NCBI GenBank assembly: GCA_028823175.1
Contig: JAPKBZ010000001.1
Location: forward strand, 96,350-160,349
Length of the DNA: 64,000 nucleotides
Direction of reading: 5' to 3'
Origin: Myxococcota bacterium
Lineage (GTDB): Bacteria; Myxococcota_A; UBA9160; UBA4427
This document shows positions 36,633 through 45,286 of this stretch, one piece after another (within the stretch, counting starts at the first letter, position 1; each line of letters begins with the position of its first letter). Below the pieces are notes generated by a model. The model saw only the letters and a list, made by a program, of their open reading frames with translations. It searched no databases and had not been told where the DNA came from. The translations under genes and the position numbers were made by a program.

Positions 36633-37543
36633 ACTGGGTCCTCAACTTTTTTGCCGGCCTGGCGCATCGGTGCCCCACCATCGCCCAGCCCCGTGAGCTC
36701 AAGGCTGGCGTTCCAGAGAGTCAGGGCATCGCCAGGGGCGAAAACCCGTCGAGAGGGCTCAATGGCCTTCATATCGTAGAAGTATTTTCCGCTGGCGGAT
36801 TCTATTTCCGGGGATGTGCAAAGGTAGATTCCCGTTTCGGCACCCTTTTCGGGGCTCCTCGTCCACGGGCCGGCGAGGGTCATCAGGGTACGGGCCAGTG
36901 TCCCGTTGTTCTTGCTGAAATCACTGCCGACGAAGCCCGGATGAAAGCAGTTGGCCGTAATGCCCCGGCCCGCCTCCCGCCGGGCCAGTTCCTGGGTGAA
37001 GAGGATATTGGCCAATTTAGAGCGGCCATAGACGGTGAAGGTCTTGTAGGCCTTTTCGGCTTGGAGATCTGAGAAGTCGAGTGGGCCGCCGAATTGATGC
37101 GCTCCCGAGGCTGTTGAGACCACGCGTCCGGCTCCGCTCTCTCGCAGTTTTTCGAGCAGGAGCAGGGTGAGGAGGAAATGCCCGAGATGGTTCACGGCAA
37201 AGGTCTCTTCGTAGCCATCGGCCGTGATCCTGCGCCTTTGATTGATCACCCCCGCATTGTTAAAGAGAACATCTATGGGCCTTTGGGTGCTGAGCACGGA
37301 CTTGGCCATTTCGCGAACATCGGCCAGATTCCCGAGGTCACCCAATGCCAATTCGATTTGAGACTGGGGAAAGCGGTGCCGGATCGCATCGACGGTTCTC
37401 TCGGCCTTCGAGGGATTCCTGGCGAGCAGATAGAGGTCGGCCCCTCTTTCTGCCAGGGCGAAAGCAGCCGCTTCGCCCAGGCCTGCGGTGAAGCCTGTCA
37501 CAACGACCAACTTCCCGATCATGTCTTCCCCGGCTGTGCTCAT
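36629..37543 (-). CDS. SDR family oxidoreductase (retinol dehydrogenase-like)
   Basis: From Met-25 (37543): 'VVVTGFTAGLGEAAA' and 'YGRSKLANILF'. The track ORF extends to 37615. There is a 4-bp overlap with the DUF420 gene. Confidence 0.85.
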   Translation of the reverse strand: MSTAGEDMIGKLVVVTGFTAGLGEAAAFALAERGADLYLLARNPSKAERTVDAIRHRFPQSQIELALGDLGNLADVREMAKSVLSTQRPIDVLFNNAGVINQRRRITADGYEETFAVNHLGHFLLTLLLLEKLRESGAGRVVSTASGAHQFGGPLDFSDLQAEKAYKTFTVYGRSKLANILFTQELARREAGRGITANCFHPGFVGSDFSKNNGTLARTLMTLAGPWTRSPEKGAETGIYLCTSPEIESASGKYFYDMKAIEPSRRVFAPGDALTLWNASLELTGLGDGGAPMRQAGKKVEDPV

Positions 37544-37793
37544 CTGGTTTCCTTTTCGTTTTTTCATGAGTCTTGAGGGGTGAGAGGTGAGAGGTGAGGG
37601 GGGAGAGACAGTCAAGGCCTGCAGGCCGGCTATCCCGTCCTGGGTTTCTCGGCGAGTGGCAGAGATAATGGCGAACTTCCGGGCAGTCCGCGTTGCAGAG
37701 AGTAGCCTTTTCCCTGAGTTCGATTGTTTTTCAGGAAATTGTCCGGGGGGTTTTTCTTCTTTTGCGTATCCCCGCTTCGAAGAGGGAGACCGC

Positions 37794-38640
37794 TTGAACT
37801 TCGTGGCCGACTGGCAGCGGCGCTATACGGTAGTGGGCTTCTCGTTTTTGGCCGTGGTGATCTGCTAGGTCGATCGGGTGAACATCTCGGTGGCGATCAT
37901 CCCCATGTCGGCGGATCTGGGCTGGGATCTGGAAACGCGCGGGATCGTCCTCGGAGAAGGCGTATATCGAATCCGACCTCGCCGGCAGCGGCGAGGTGGA
38001 GTCGCCCGCCTGGTGGACATTTCTCGGTTATGCCCCGGTCTGGGCCAGCGTGGTCGCGCATTTCTGGAATAACGGGTCGCTCTACGTGCTGCTCTCGTGG
38101 CTTCCGGCCTTCGTGAGCGAGGGCCTTGGGGTCGACTTTCATTCCGTCGGCTGGATGACCATGGTCCCGCATCGAGCGTCGTTCTTTTTCCTGAATTTCG
38201 CCGGCAATGTCACCGACCGCTTGATTGCAGTGGGATGGAAGTGGGTCGGGTTCGCAAGTTGATGCAGACCATTGGCTTCGGGGGCATCGCGGGCTCCCTA
38301 CTAATCGTGGGTGAGGTCGAGAGCGCCTGGGCGGCGATTGCGGCGATTGCGGCGATTGAGGTGATGGAGGTGATGGCGGTGGGCAGTGCTCTGGGGGCCT
38401 TCGTGACAGGAGGCTTCTCGGTGAATCATATGGATATAGCCCCCCCGCTATGCGGGGACTTTGATGGGGATCACGAATACCGCGGGGACAATCCCCGGCA
38501 TCATCGGCGTGTATGTCAGTGGACTGACCCTTCAAGCGACGGGCTCCTGGGCGCGGGTCTTCCAGGTGACCGCCGGGGTGACCTTCTTCGGACGGGTCTT
38601 CTTTTTGATCTTCGCGAGCGGCCGCCGAATCTTCGACTGA
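37794..38640 (+). pseudogene. MFS transporter (anion:cation symporter-like) pseudogene with nonsense codon, internal deletion and frameshifts
   Basis: MFS segments are spread over three frames: 'RRYTVVGFSFLAVVIC*VDRVNISVAIIPM' (TAG 37866), 'KAYIESD...WWTFLGYAPVWASVVAHFWNNGSLYVLLSWLP', 'VRKLMQTIGFGG...GGFSVNHMDIAP', and after a C7 run (38440-38446) 'RYAGTLMGITNTAGTIPGIIGVYVSG...FLIFASGRRIFD*'. TM2-TM6 are missing. Confidence 0.8.
38331..38375 (+). repeat. 9-bp tandem repeats (GCGGCGATT x3, GAGGTGATG x2) inside the MFS pseudogene
   Basis: Read directly: gcggcgatt gcggcgatt gcggcgatt gaggtgatg gaggtgatg. It encodes AAIAAIAAIEVMEVM. Confidence 0.9.
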
Positions 38641-38822
38641 GCCTCCTGCGCCCAAAGTCCTAATTTCGCCGGAATTATGGGCGCTCATTGGACCGAAGAG
38701 GCGACTCCCCCCGACTCCTGATCCTAAGACTGGATACGTGCGACCGGATTCCCGATCGGGGGTCGCTTCGTGCGCCCACCTTTACGCCCACGTCATATAC
38801 GCCCACCTTTAGGAGTCTACTG

Positions 38823-40970
38823 ATGCTGAAGCACCCTATCGCTGCCTTGCCCTGGCTCGCTCTTTTTCTTCTCGTCGGTTGTATCGAAAATGGGCCCGAT
38901 TTTCAGGTTCTCGCCCCCGAGCAGGGGCAATTGATCCGGGATCTCGACAAATTTCAGGTCGAGATTCAGATCTCAGAAGAGGCCTACGATCCCGAGAGTG
39001 TCGCCGCATTCGTCAACGGTATCCCCCTCGAGTTGCTTGCGAGCCTGGGAGGAGGCTACTCGGGTATTCTGCCTCGGGGCCTGGGCCTGGGCCTGGAGCC
39101 CAGCAATCAACTCCTGGTCTCCGCTACGCGGCTGGACGACGGCAGCTCCCGGGTGAGAACGGTGGAGTTCTCCTGGGAGCCCTTAGCCCCCGATCTCGAG
39201 TTCCAGGAGCAATTCGTCCAAGCTCCTCCGCCGGTCGAAACGGCAAACCTCGAAATCCTTCATACCGAGGGGCGCCGGCAGAACGCTCTCCTCGAGGTCA
39301 CCTTTCGCGAGGGCTTCGCTGCTCCCAAGCAGATCCCCTACCGGGCGGATGACCAGACGGTCTTCATCCTGAGCGATAACGGGTTGGGCGATGACCCCTT
39401 CGCGGGAGACGGGGTTTTCACCGCTCGGGTTGATTTTGACTTCGAAAACTACAGGGAACGCAAGAGCCGAGAGTTGCTCAGTCTGGCGCTTCGAGAGGAA
39501 GGGCCCGATGAATTGGAGTTTTCCGGTCGCGAAATCGTAGCCAAGAAACCACTGGCGTTGGGCCCGGCCTTGGCGGCTCTTTCGTCACCTACGTCCCTCA
39601 CCCTGGTTCCGGTGGCGGCCGCGGCCGCTACGATCGACTCTGAACGAGCCCTGATGGTTCGAGATCTGAGCGTCGTTGCCGACCCCTCTCGAACCTTCGA
39701 CCCCTGCGATATCGATGGCGACGGTTTGACGGGTAACCCGAACGGCGCCTGGAGTTTTAAGACGCTGATGAGCCAGATGGCCAACACCACGGCGACAGGG
39801 ATCCCCCTCGAAGTCTTCGTCAAGCAATGGCTTGCGGGGTGGGCCCAAAATTTCGACACGCTTAACGGAGGAAGTATCAGTGGCGATTGGATCGTGAACG
39901 ATGATGTCGTTCCAGATCGTGAGCCGGGTCTGATCTCGTCGATTGTGACGCCTTGGCCGAAGACGAGCGCTGGCGCCCTCGATATGGACAAGGCCCCATT
40001 TCGTCTGCTAGCCATCGTCAACCGGGTCGATCTGCGCGATGCCGTTGGCTATGGAGCCAGCACGGCGAGTGCAGGCGAACTGCGTTTCGTCTTCGGTCTC
40101 CTCGACATGAATTCGTGCACGCCCGATCGTATGAGCGCAATCTTCGAGTACACCGTCCAGGCAAATACCTGCCACGATGTCATCAATTATGCCCAGGAGT
40201 GGGAAGATCTCGATCTCGTTCATGCCCCGTTTCCGGCGACGCCCGGCTATCTATCTCACCTGCAGTCGATCACGGACCCCGTCGTGGCTCCAGGCGCGGC
40301 CCCCTTGGAGCCGAACGGAAGCTCGATCGGACAGGTGCGGACGAGCGAGGTCACTATGAACAACCCCTGGGAATTGCGCGAATTCACCTTGCAGCAGATG
40401 CCCCTGGGAACGCCGGTCCAGAATGTGCTGCGGATGGACACCACCAAGCAGACACCGGATATTAATTTCACCTTGAATTCCGGCATGCAGCCCACGCTCA
40501 CGAATTATATCAATTCGAATTTGGTCGATATTTGCAATGAGGAGCACGTGGTTCCTAATACCTGGATGGGCATGCCCTTCATGGCCGGCCGCGCGGATTT
40601 TTTCCCAGATACCCACTTCTGGGCCCCGGGCATCCTGGGCTCTGCGGCGTGCAGCAACGACGATATTCGCTTCAAGTTCTCGGTCAATACATGCTCGGGA
40701 TGCCACGGAGCCGATGCCATCGACCCCGGGATCGATCCGCACTTCTACCATGTGGACCCAACATCTCCGCCCGGGAGTCCGGTGGGGCTGTCACGCTTTT
40801 TGACGGGTACCGGGGGCTCGCCCATTCCAGACCCGAGCCCCACCATTGGAGGCGCCGCTCGAGATTTCGCCGACTTGGATCGCCGGGCCACCGACCTTCA
40901 GGACCTGCTGGCCACGGGCTGCCTCAAACTGACGCTCTCTGCGGCGAGCATGGTGGGGGCAGTGCACTGA
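38823..40970 (+). CDS. hypothetical lipoprotein with a single CXXCH motif
   Basis: ATG 38823 follows AGGAG, and the lipobox is 'LFLLVGC'. It is 716 aa from this start. The C-terminal region has 'FSVNTCSGCHGADAIDP...FYHV'. No family was recognised. The track ORF starts at 38688. Confidence 0.65.
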   Translation: MLKHPIAALPWLALFLLVGCIENGPDFQVLAPEQGQLIRDLDKFQVEIQISEEAYDPESVAAFVNGIPLELLASLGGGYSGILPRGLGLGLEPSNQLLVSATRLDDGSSRVRTVEFSWEPLAPDLEFQEQFVQAPPPVETANLEILHTEGRRQNALLEVTFREGFAAPKQIPYRADDQTVFILSDNGLGDDPFAGDGVFTARVDFDFENYRERKSRELLSLALREEGPDELEFSGREIVAKKPLALGPALAALSSPTSLTLVPVAAAAATIDSERALMVRDLSVVADPSRTFDPCDIDGDGLTGNPNGAWSFKTLMSQMANTTATGIPLEVFVKQWLAGWAQNFDTLNGGSISGDWIVNDDVVPDREPGLISSIVTPWPKTSAGALDMDKAPFRLLAIVNRVDLRDAVGYGASTASAGELRFVFGLLDMNSCTPDRMSAIFEYTVQANTCHDVINYAQEWEDLDLVHAPFPATPGYLSHLQSITDPVVAPGAAPLEPNGSSIGQVRTSEVTMNNPWELREFTLQQMPLGTPVQNVLRMDTTKQTPDINFTLNSGMQPTLTNYINSNLVDICNEEHVVPNTWMGMPFMAGRADFFPDTHFWAPGILGSAACSNDDIRFKFSVNTCSGCHGADAIDPGIDPHFYHVDPTSPPGSPVGLSRFLTGTGGSPIPDPSPTIGGAARDFADLDRRATDLQDLLATGCLKLTLSAASMVGAVH

Positions 40971-41013
40971 GCTTGCCCCACGGGTTGCTTTTGCGAGGGC
41001 CGGGTCGGGGCCG

Positions 41014-42963
41014 CTAGTTCTTGGCCTCGATCTGTCCCCTCAGTGCGTCGGCCTGCTCCTCGAGAACTTCCCATTCCGCCATGAAATTACGCACCTCGTC
41101 CATCAGTATTCGCTGCTCCGCTTCGAGCGCCGCGTTCTCTTCGAGAGGCGTATCCCGGTAGTAGTTTTCTTCGCAGAAGCGCGCATTCAGCGCCTCCACG
41201 CGTTCTTCTGCGTCGGCGATCTTGTCTGTTAGGTCCGCGAGCTTTGGTTCCAGCTTCTTCAATTGGCGCTCGGGAGGGACGGTGGAGCGGGTCTTTTGCT
41301 CATTGTCCGAACTCGACGGACTCTTCTTTTTCTTGCTTCCCCGGGCCTGGCGAAGAACAGCCTGACTGTCTAAGTGGTCGTCGCCGCTTCGCGCGAGATA
41401 TTCCTCGTAGGTTCCGGGGAAGTCGTTGATGCCGGTTGGAGTGATTTCGATGATCCGCGAGGCGAGCTCGCTGACAAACCAGCGATCGTGAGAAACGAAA
41501 ATGAGACTACCGTCGTATTCTTTCAGGGATTTTACGAGGGCCTCGATCGATTCGAGGTCGAGATGATTGGTGGGCTCGTCGAGAACAAGCACGTTCGGGC
41601 TCTCGACCACGTGTCGGGCAAAGATGAGCCGGGCCGCCTCGCCTCCGGATAGAGATTCAAGTTTTTTGCCCGACTCGTCACCCGAAAAAAGCACTGCGGC
41701 CAATTGGGCCTTCACGTAGCCGATTCCCTGGTGCGGGCAGAACTCGCCAAGCCAGGACTCAATGGTTTGGCCGTGGGTGCCGACCTGTTCCTTGTGGTCC
41801 TGGGCGAAGTAGCCCGGGTAGGTCTCGTACCCCCACTCAACACCGCCCGCATCGGGATTGACTTCCCCCATGGCGATTTTCAGCAGGGTCGATTTACCAA
41901 TGCCGTTGGGCCCGATGATGGCGACTTTCTCGCCGCGCATTACAGTCAATCCGACGCCCTCGAGAACCTGCTTGTCGCCATAGCTCTTGGAGATTTCGCC
42001 CAACTCGAGCACCTGACGCCCGCTCGGTCGCTTTTGCTTGAAGCGAAATCGCGGATAGCGGCGGCTGCTCTGGGGTAGCGATTCGATTTCGATCCGACCG
42101 ATGGCCTTGAGCTTGCTCTGGGCCTGTCTGGCCTTGCTCGCCTTGGCACGAAAGCGTTCGACAAAGGCTTTATGGTCGGCGATTTGTGCTTCGCGTTTCT
42201 CGATCTCTTTCTCGCGCCGGCTTCGCTCCTCGAATTTCGCCCGTATGAAGGACTGGTAATTCCCCGGGTAGGCCTTGGCGGTTGAGTAGTCGAGATCGAC
42301 GATCACCGTCGCCACGTTGTCGAGAAAACGGTGATCGTGAGAAACCATCAGGGCGGCACCGCGAAATTGTTCGAGGAAGCGCTCGAGCCAGCGGATAGAA
42401 AGAATGTCGAGATGGTTCGTGGGCTCGTCGAGGAGCAGGACATCGGGTTCCGAGGCCAGCACCTGGGCGAGCAGTACTCTCAGTTTGAAGCCGCCGGAGA
42501 GGGTCGAAAGCGGCTGTTCATGGACCTCGGATTCGATTCCGAGTCCCTCGAGAATTTCACCAGCTCGTGCCTCCAGGGTATAGCCGTCCCCCTGAAGAAT
42601 GATGTCCTCGAGCTCGGCATAACGTTCACCGTCGAAATCTTTTTCAGCATTGGCGAGAATTTTCTCTTTCTCCGCCATGGCATCCCAGAGGTTTTTGTTG
42701 CCCATCATGACGACATCGAGGATTCGGCTTGCCTCGTACTCGAAATGGTCCTGCTTGAGGACGCCCAGAGTGGCGCGTTTCGGGATGTTGATTTCGCCTG
42801 CGCTGGGACTTTCCACGCCGCTGAGAATTTTCAGTAGCGTCGACTTGCCACAGCCATTGGCGCCGACGATCCCGTAGCGCTCGCCAGGAATGAATTGGAG
42901 AGAGGCGCCTTCGAAGAGGGTTTGGTCGCCATAGTGCTTTGCAAGGCCAGAGACTGAAAACAT
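41014..42963 (-). CDS. ABC-F family ATPase (Uup/YheS-like, no TM domain)
   Basis: 649 aa with two Walker A sites ('GANGCGKST', 'GPNGIGKST'), two 'LSGG' signatures, a Lys-rich linker and a C-terminal coiled coil. Confidence 0.92.
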   Translation of the reverse strand: MFSVSGLAKHYGDQTLFEGASLQFIPGERYGIVGANGCGKSTLLKILSGVESPSAGEINIPKRATLGVLKQDHFEYEASRILDVVMMGNKNLWDAMAEKEKILANAEKDFDGERYAELEDIILQGDGYTLEARAGEILEGLGIESEVHEQPLSTLSGGFKLRVLLAQVLASEPDVLLLDEPTNHLDILSIRWLERFLEQFRGAALMVSHDHRFLDNVATVIVDLDYSTAKAYPGNYQSFIRAKFEERSRREKEIEKREAQIADHKAFVERFRAKASKARQAQSKLKAIGRIEIESLPQSSRRYPRFRFKQKRPSGRQVLELGEISKSYGDKQVLEGVGLTVMRGEKVAIIGPNGIGKSTLLKIAMGEVNPDAGGVEWGYETYPGYFAQDHKEQVGTHGQTIESWLGEFCPHQGIGYVKAQLAAVLFSGDESGKKLESLSGGEAARLIFARHVVESPNVLVLDEPTNHLDLESIEALVKSLKEYDGSLIFVSHDRWFVSELASRIIEITPTGINDFPGTYEEYLARSGDDHLDSQAVLRQARGSKKKKSPSSSDNEQKTRSTVPPERQLKKLEPKLADLTDKIADAEERVEALNARFCEENYYRDTPLEENAALEAEQRILMDEVRNFMAEWEVLEEQADALRGQIEAKN

Positions 42964-43056
42964 GGGGACGGGAGAATACCGAGAGTTGGCGCCGGCGCCC
43001 GGCCGAAATTCCAGCTTCTCTGGATTCCCGGCGAAGCGAAAGGTTGCACTGGCTCT

Positions 43057-43134
43057 CTAGACGGAGAAAAAGGCGTATAGGAGCCCGGCCGCGAGAATCA
43101 GGACGATCAGCCCGGCGTAGACGAGAGAATTCAT
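43057..43134 (-). CDS. possible 25-aa hydrophobic micro-protein
   Basis: Not in the track (under 60 aa). It reads ATG AAT TCT ... = MNSLVYAGLIVLILAAGLLYAFFSV*, with only a weak GGGGG upstream. It lies 93 nt upstream of the ABC-F gene on the same strand. Confidence 0.25.
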   Translation of the reverse strand: MNSLVYAGLIVLILAAGLLYAFFSV

Positions 43135-43267
43135 GCCCCCAGTCTAGCCCCAGAAGCCCGGGCGGGCTTGGCTCGCGGGGGCTACGAGAAGCTCGGTGTT
43201 TCGGCTACCCTGGCCGATATTTGGATCCAATCGAAATCCAGAAAGAGAAGAGAGAGGTTGCCATTAC

Positions 43268-43762
43268 ATGCCCCATCCCGGACTTCCTGAGCGACTCCCC
43301 GCTGATTTCCCTGCCGCCCTGGCCCAGCTTGGGGAGGCCGAGAAAATTGGCGTCGAGGAGATGAAGCTGCTGATTCTGCTCGAGATGGCGGGTGAGCCGC
43401 TCTACGGGAAACTCGCCGAACTCGCCGGGAACGAGGAGAGTCGCGAAATCTTGCTCAAGAACGGGCGCGAGGAAACGGCACACGCCCACCGGCTAAAGAA
43501 GGCGATCGAGATCTTGACCGGGGAGGAATTCGAGATTCCTCCCATGAGCGCCAATCCCTATGCCGCCGCCCCCCCCCTGACCGAGCTCTCGGTGGAGGTA
43601 CTCCGCGGCCTGGAAGAAGGTGAGAAAAAGGGGGGAGTTGATTATGAGCGGATGGCGGCGGCGGAGACGAACGCCGAAATTGCCGAATTGTTGCGGCAGA
43701 ACGGGCGCGAGGAAACCAAACACGGTGAGCGGGTGAGCACGGTGATCGATCTGCTGGGATGA
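43268..43762 (+). CDS. ferritin-like di-iron carboxylate protein (rubrerythrin-type four-helix bundle)
   Basis: From ATG 43268, 164 aa. Two internally repeated halves each carry E...ExxH ('LEMAGE...GREETAHAHRL' and 'LEEGEK...GREETKHGERV'). Confidence 0.7.
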   Translation: MPHPGLPERLPADFPAALAQLGEAEKIGVEEMKLLILLEMAGEPLYGKLAELAGNEESREILLKNGREETAHAHRLKKAIEILTGEEFEIPPMSANPYAAAPPLTELSVEVLRGLEEGEKKGGVDYERMAAAETNAEIAELLRQNGREETKHGERVSTVIDLLG

Positions 43763-43793
43763 ATTTGGGCGCGAGCCCGGAGGAGGATCGAAG

Positions 43794-44246
43794 ATGACGC
43801 CCGATAATCTATTTTTGATTTTCAATAACGGTGTCTTGTTGGGTTGGCTCCTGCTGGTCTTGGCTCCGGGCTGGGAGTGGACCCAGAGAATCGTCCACTC
43901 CTTTGGAATTCCGCTGCTGGTGGCTGCGGCCTACGGTTTTTCGATCTTGGCCGGCTCTGGCGAAGCGGACGAGAATGCGAGTTTTTTCAGCCTGGCCGGC
44001 GTGATGCTCTTTTTTGCTTCGCCCTGGTCCGCCTTGGCGGGTTGGCTTCACTACCTGGTCTTCGATCTCTTCGTCGGTGCCTGGGAGGTTCGGGATGCTC
44101 GCCGCCGGGGTATCCCTCACCTTGCCGTGGTGGTCTGCCTTGTGTTCACCCTGATGCTTGGGCCTATCGGCCTGGGTCTCTATGCGCTGGTTCGTATTTT
44201 CAGGGGTAGGGTCTTTGGTCTCGAAGAGACAGCGGAAGTCGCTTGA
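43794..44246 (+). CDS. ABA4-like (DUF4281) membrane protein
   Basis: 150 aa with 'LFLIFNNGVLLGWLLLVLAPGW' and 'LAGWLHYLVFDLFVGAWEVRDARRRGIPH', matching the ABA4-like family pattern. Confidence 0.75.
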   Translation: MTPDNLFLIFNNGVLLGWLLLVLAPGWEWTQRIVHSFGIPLLVAAAYGFSILAGSGEADENASFFSLAGVMLFFASPWSALAGWLHYLVFDLFVGAWEVRDARRRGIPHLAVVVCLVFTLMLGPIGLGLYALVRIFRGRVFGLEETAEVA

Positions 44247-44277
44247 AGCGGGGCCAGTCGGAGCCGGGGAGGGCATC

Positions 44278-45039
44278 ATGGAATTGAGTCAGGAAGCGCT
44301 TGGTCTTTTTCGCCGCGACGGTTTTGTGAACGCCGGAAAAGTTTTCGAACAGGATGAGCTCGCGCAGATCGCTGGGGAATACGACCGACTCGTACGCAAG
44401 GAAAACCAGGTCCTGGGCAATGAGGAGGACGGCGTCTTTCCCTATCGGGCCATGCTCAATTTTCGGAGCCCGGCGCTTCAGGCGGTGATTCTTCACCCCG
44501 GTCTGGTCGCGGTGGCGCGGGAGATCCTGGGTGACGAAATTCGATTTTGGTGGGATCAGGGAATCAATAAGTCGCCGGGGGCTGGGAGTCGGATCCCCTG
44601 GCACCAGGACAACGGATATCACCAGGGCCGTACCCAAGAATTTCTGACGTGTTGGCTCGCGTTGGATGACTCAAGCCTGGAAAACGGGGGCCTCGAGGCG
44701 ATCCCGGGTTCGCATAAGGCGGGGCATCGGGAACACGGCTGGGAAGGGGTCCACGCGGCGATCCCGCCGCAGTCCATCGAGGACGAAGGCGCGATCCCTC
44801 TGGATGTGAAAGCCGGGGAACTCCTGATTTTCTCCTCGCTGCTTGTCCACCAGACCGGCGGCAACACCACCGAGGATCGCCAGCGCCGTTCTTGGGTGAT
44901 CCAGTACTGCCGAGGAGATCAACGCAACGAGATCACGGGTGAGGTCTACGACAACAGGCCCTGGGTCATGCGGGACGGCGAACTCGCGACCACACTGGTC
45001 GCCGAGCGTCCATTCGATCTGAAGCGCAAGCACGCCTGA
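44278..45039 (+). CDS. phytanoyl-CoA dioxygenase (PhyH) family Fe(II)/2OG oxygenase
   Basis: From ATG 44278: 'FRRDGFVNAGKVF', 'PWHQDNGY' (HxD), 'LEAIPGSHK'. The track ORF starts at 44158, overlapping the previous gene. Confidence 0.85.
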   Translation: MELSQEALGLFRRDGFVNAGKVFEQDELAQIAGEYDRLVRKENQVLGNEEDGVFPYRAMLNFRSPALQAVILHPGLVAVAREILGDEIRFWWDQGINKSPGAGSRIPWHQDNGYHQGRTQEFLTCWLALDDSSLENGGLEAIPGSHKAGHREHGWEGVHAAIPPQSIEDEGAIPLDVKAGELLIFSSLLVHQTGGNTTEDRQRRSWVIQYCRGDQRNEITGEVYDNRPWVMRDGELATTLVAERPFDLKRKHA

Positions 45040-45286
45040 GGCCAGCGCGTCTGAGGGAGAAGGGCGCAGGCTCGAAGCAGGCGCTGAGGTCTAGGCTTGT
45101 TGTCGAAGCGCTGCCCTGCCGACTTCGGCCTCCAGGCTTCTCGACGGTATAGATGAGAAAGGCGCTGAACGTGTCGAAGCAATTTTGCCCCGGCTTTCCT
45201 GGCAGTCCCAGGGCAAGAAGATTATTCAGTACCCGGCTTCTTCCGCATTTTTTCGGGAAAAGAGAATCTTCAGGGGGTGTGAATAG

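Noticed and set aside
37866-37868. The in-frame TAG in the MFS gene as a possible pyrrolysine or readthrough codon.
   Set aside because: The same gene has a large internal deletion and two frameshifts, and there is no Pyl context. It is a nonsense lesion in a pseudogene.
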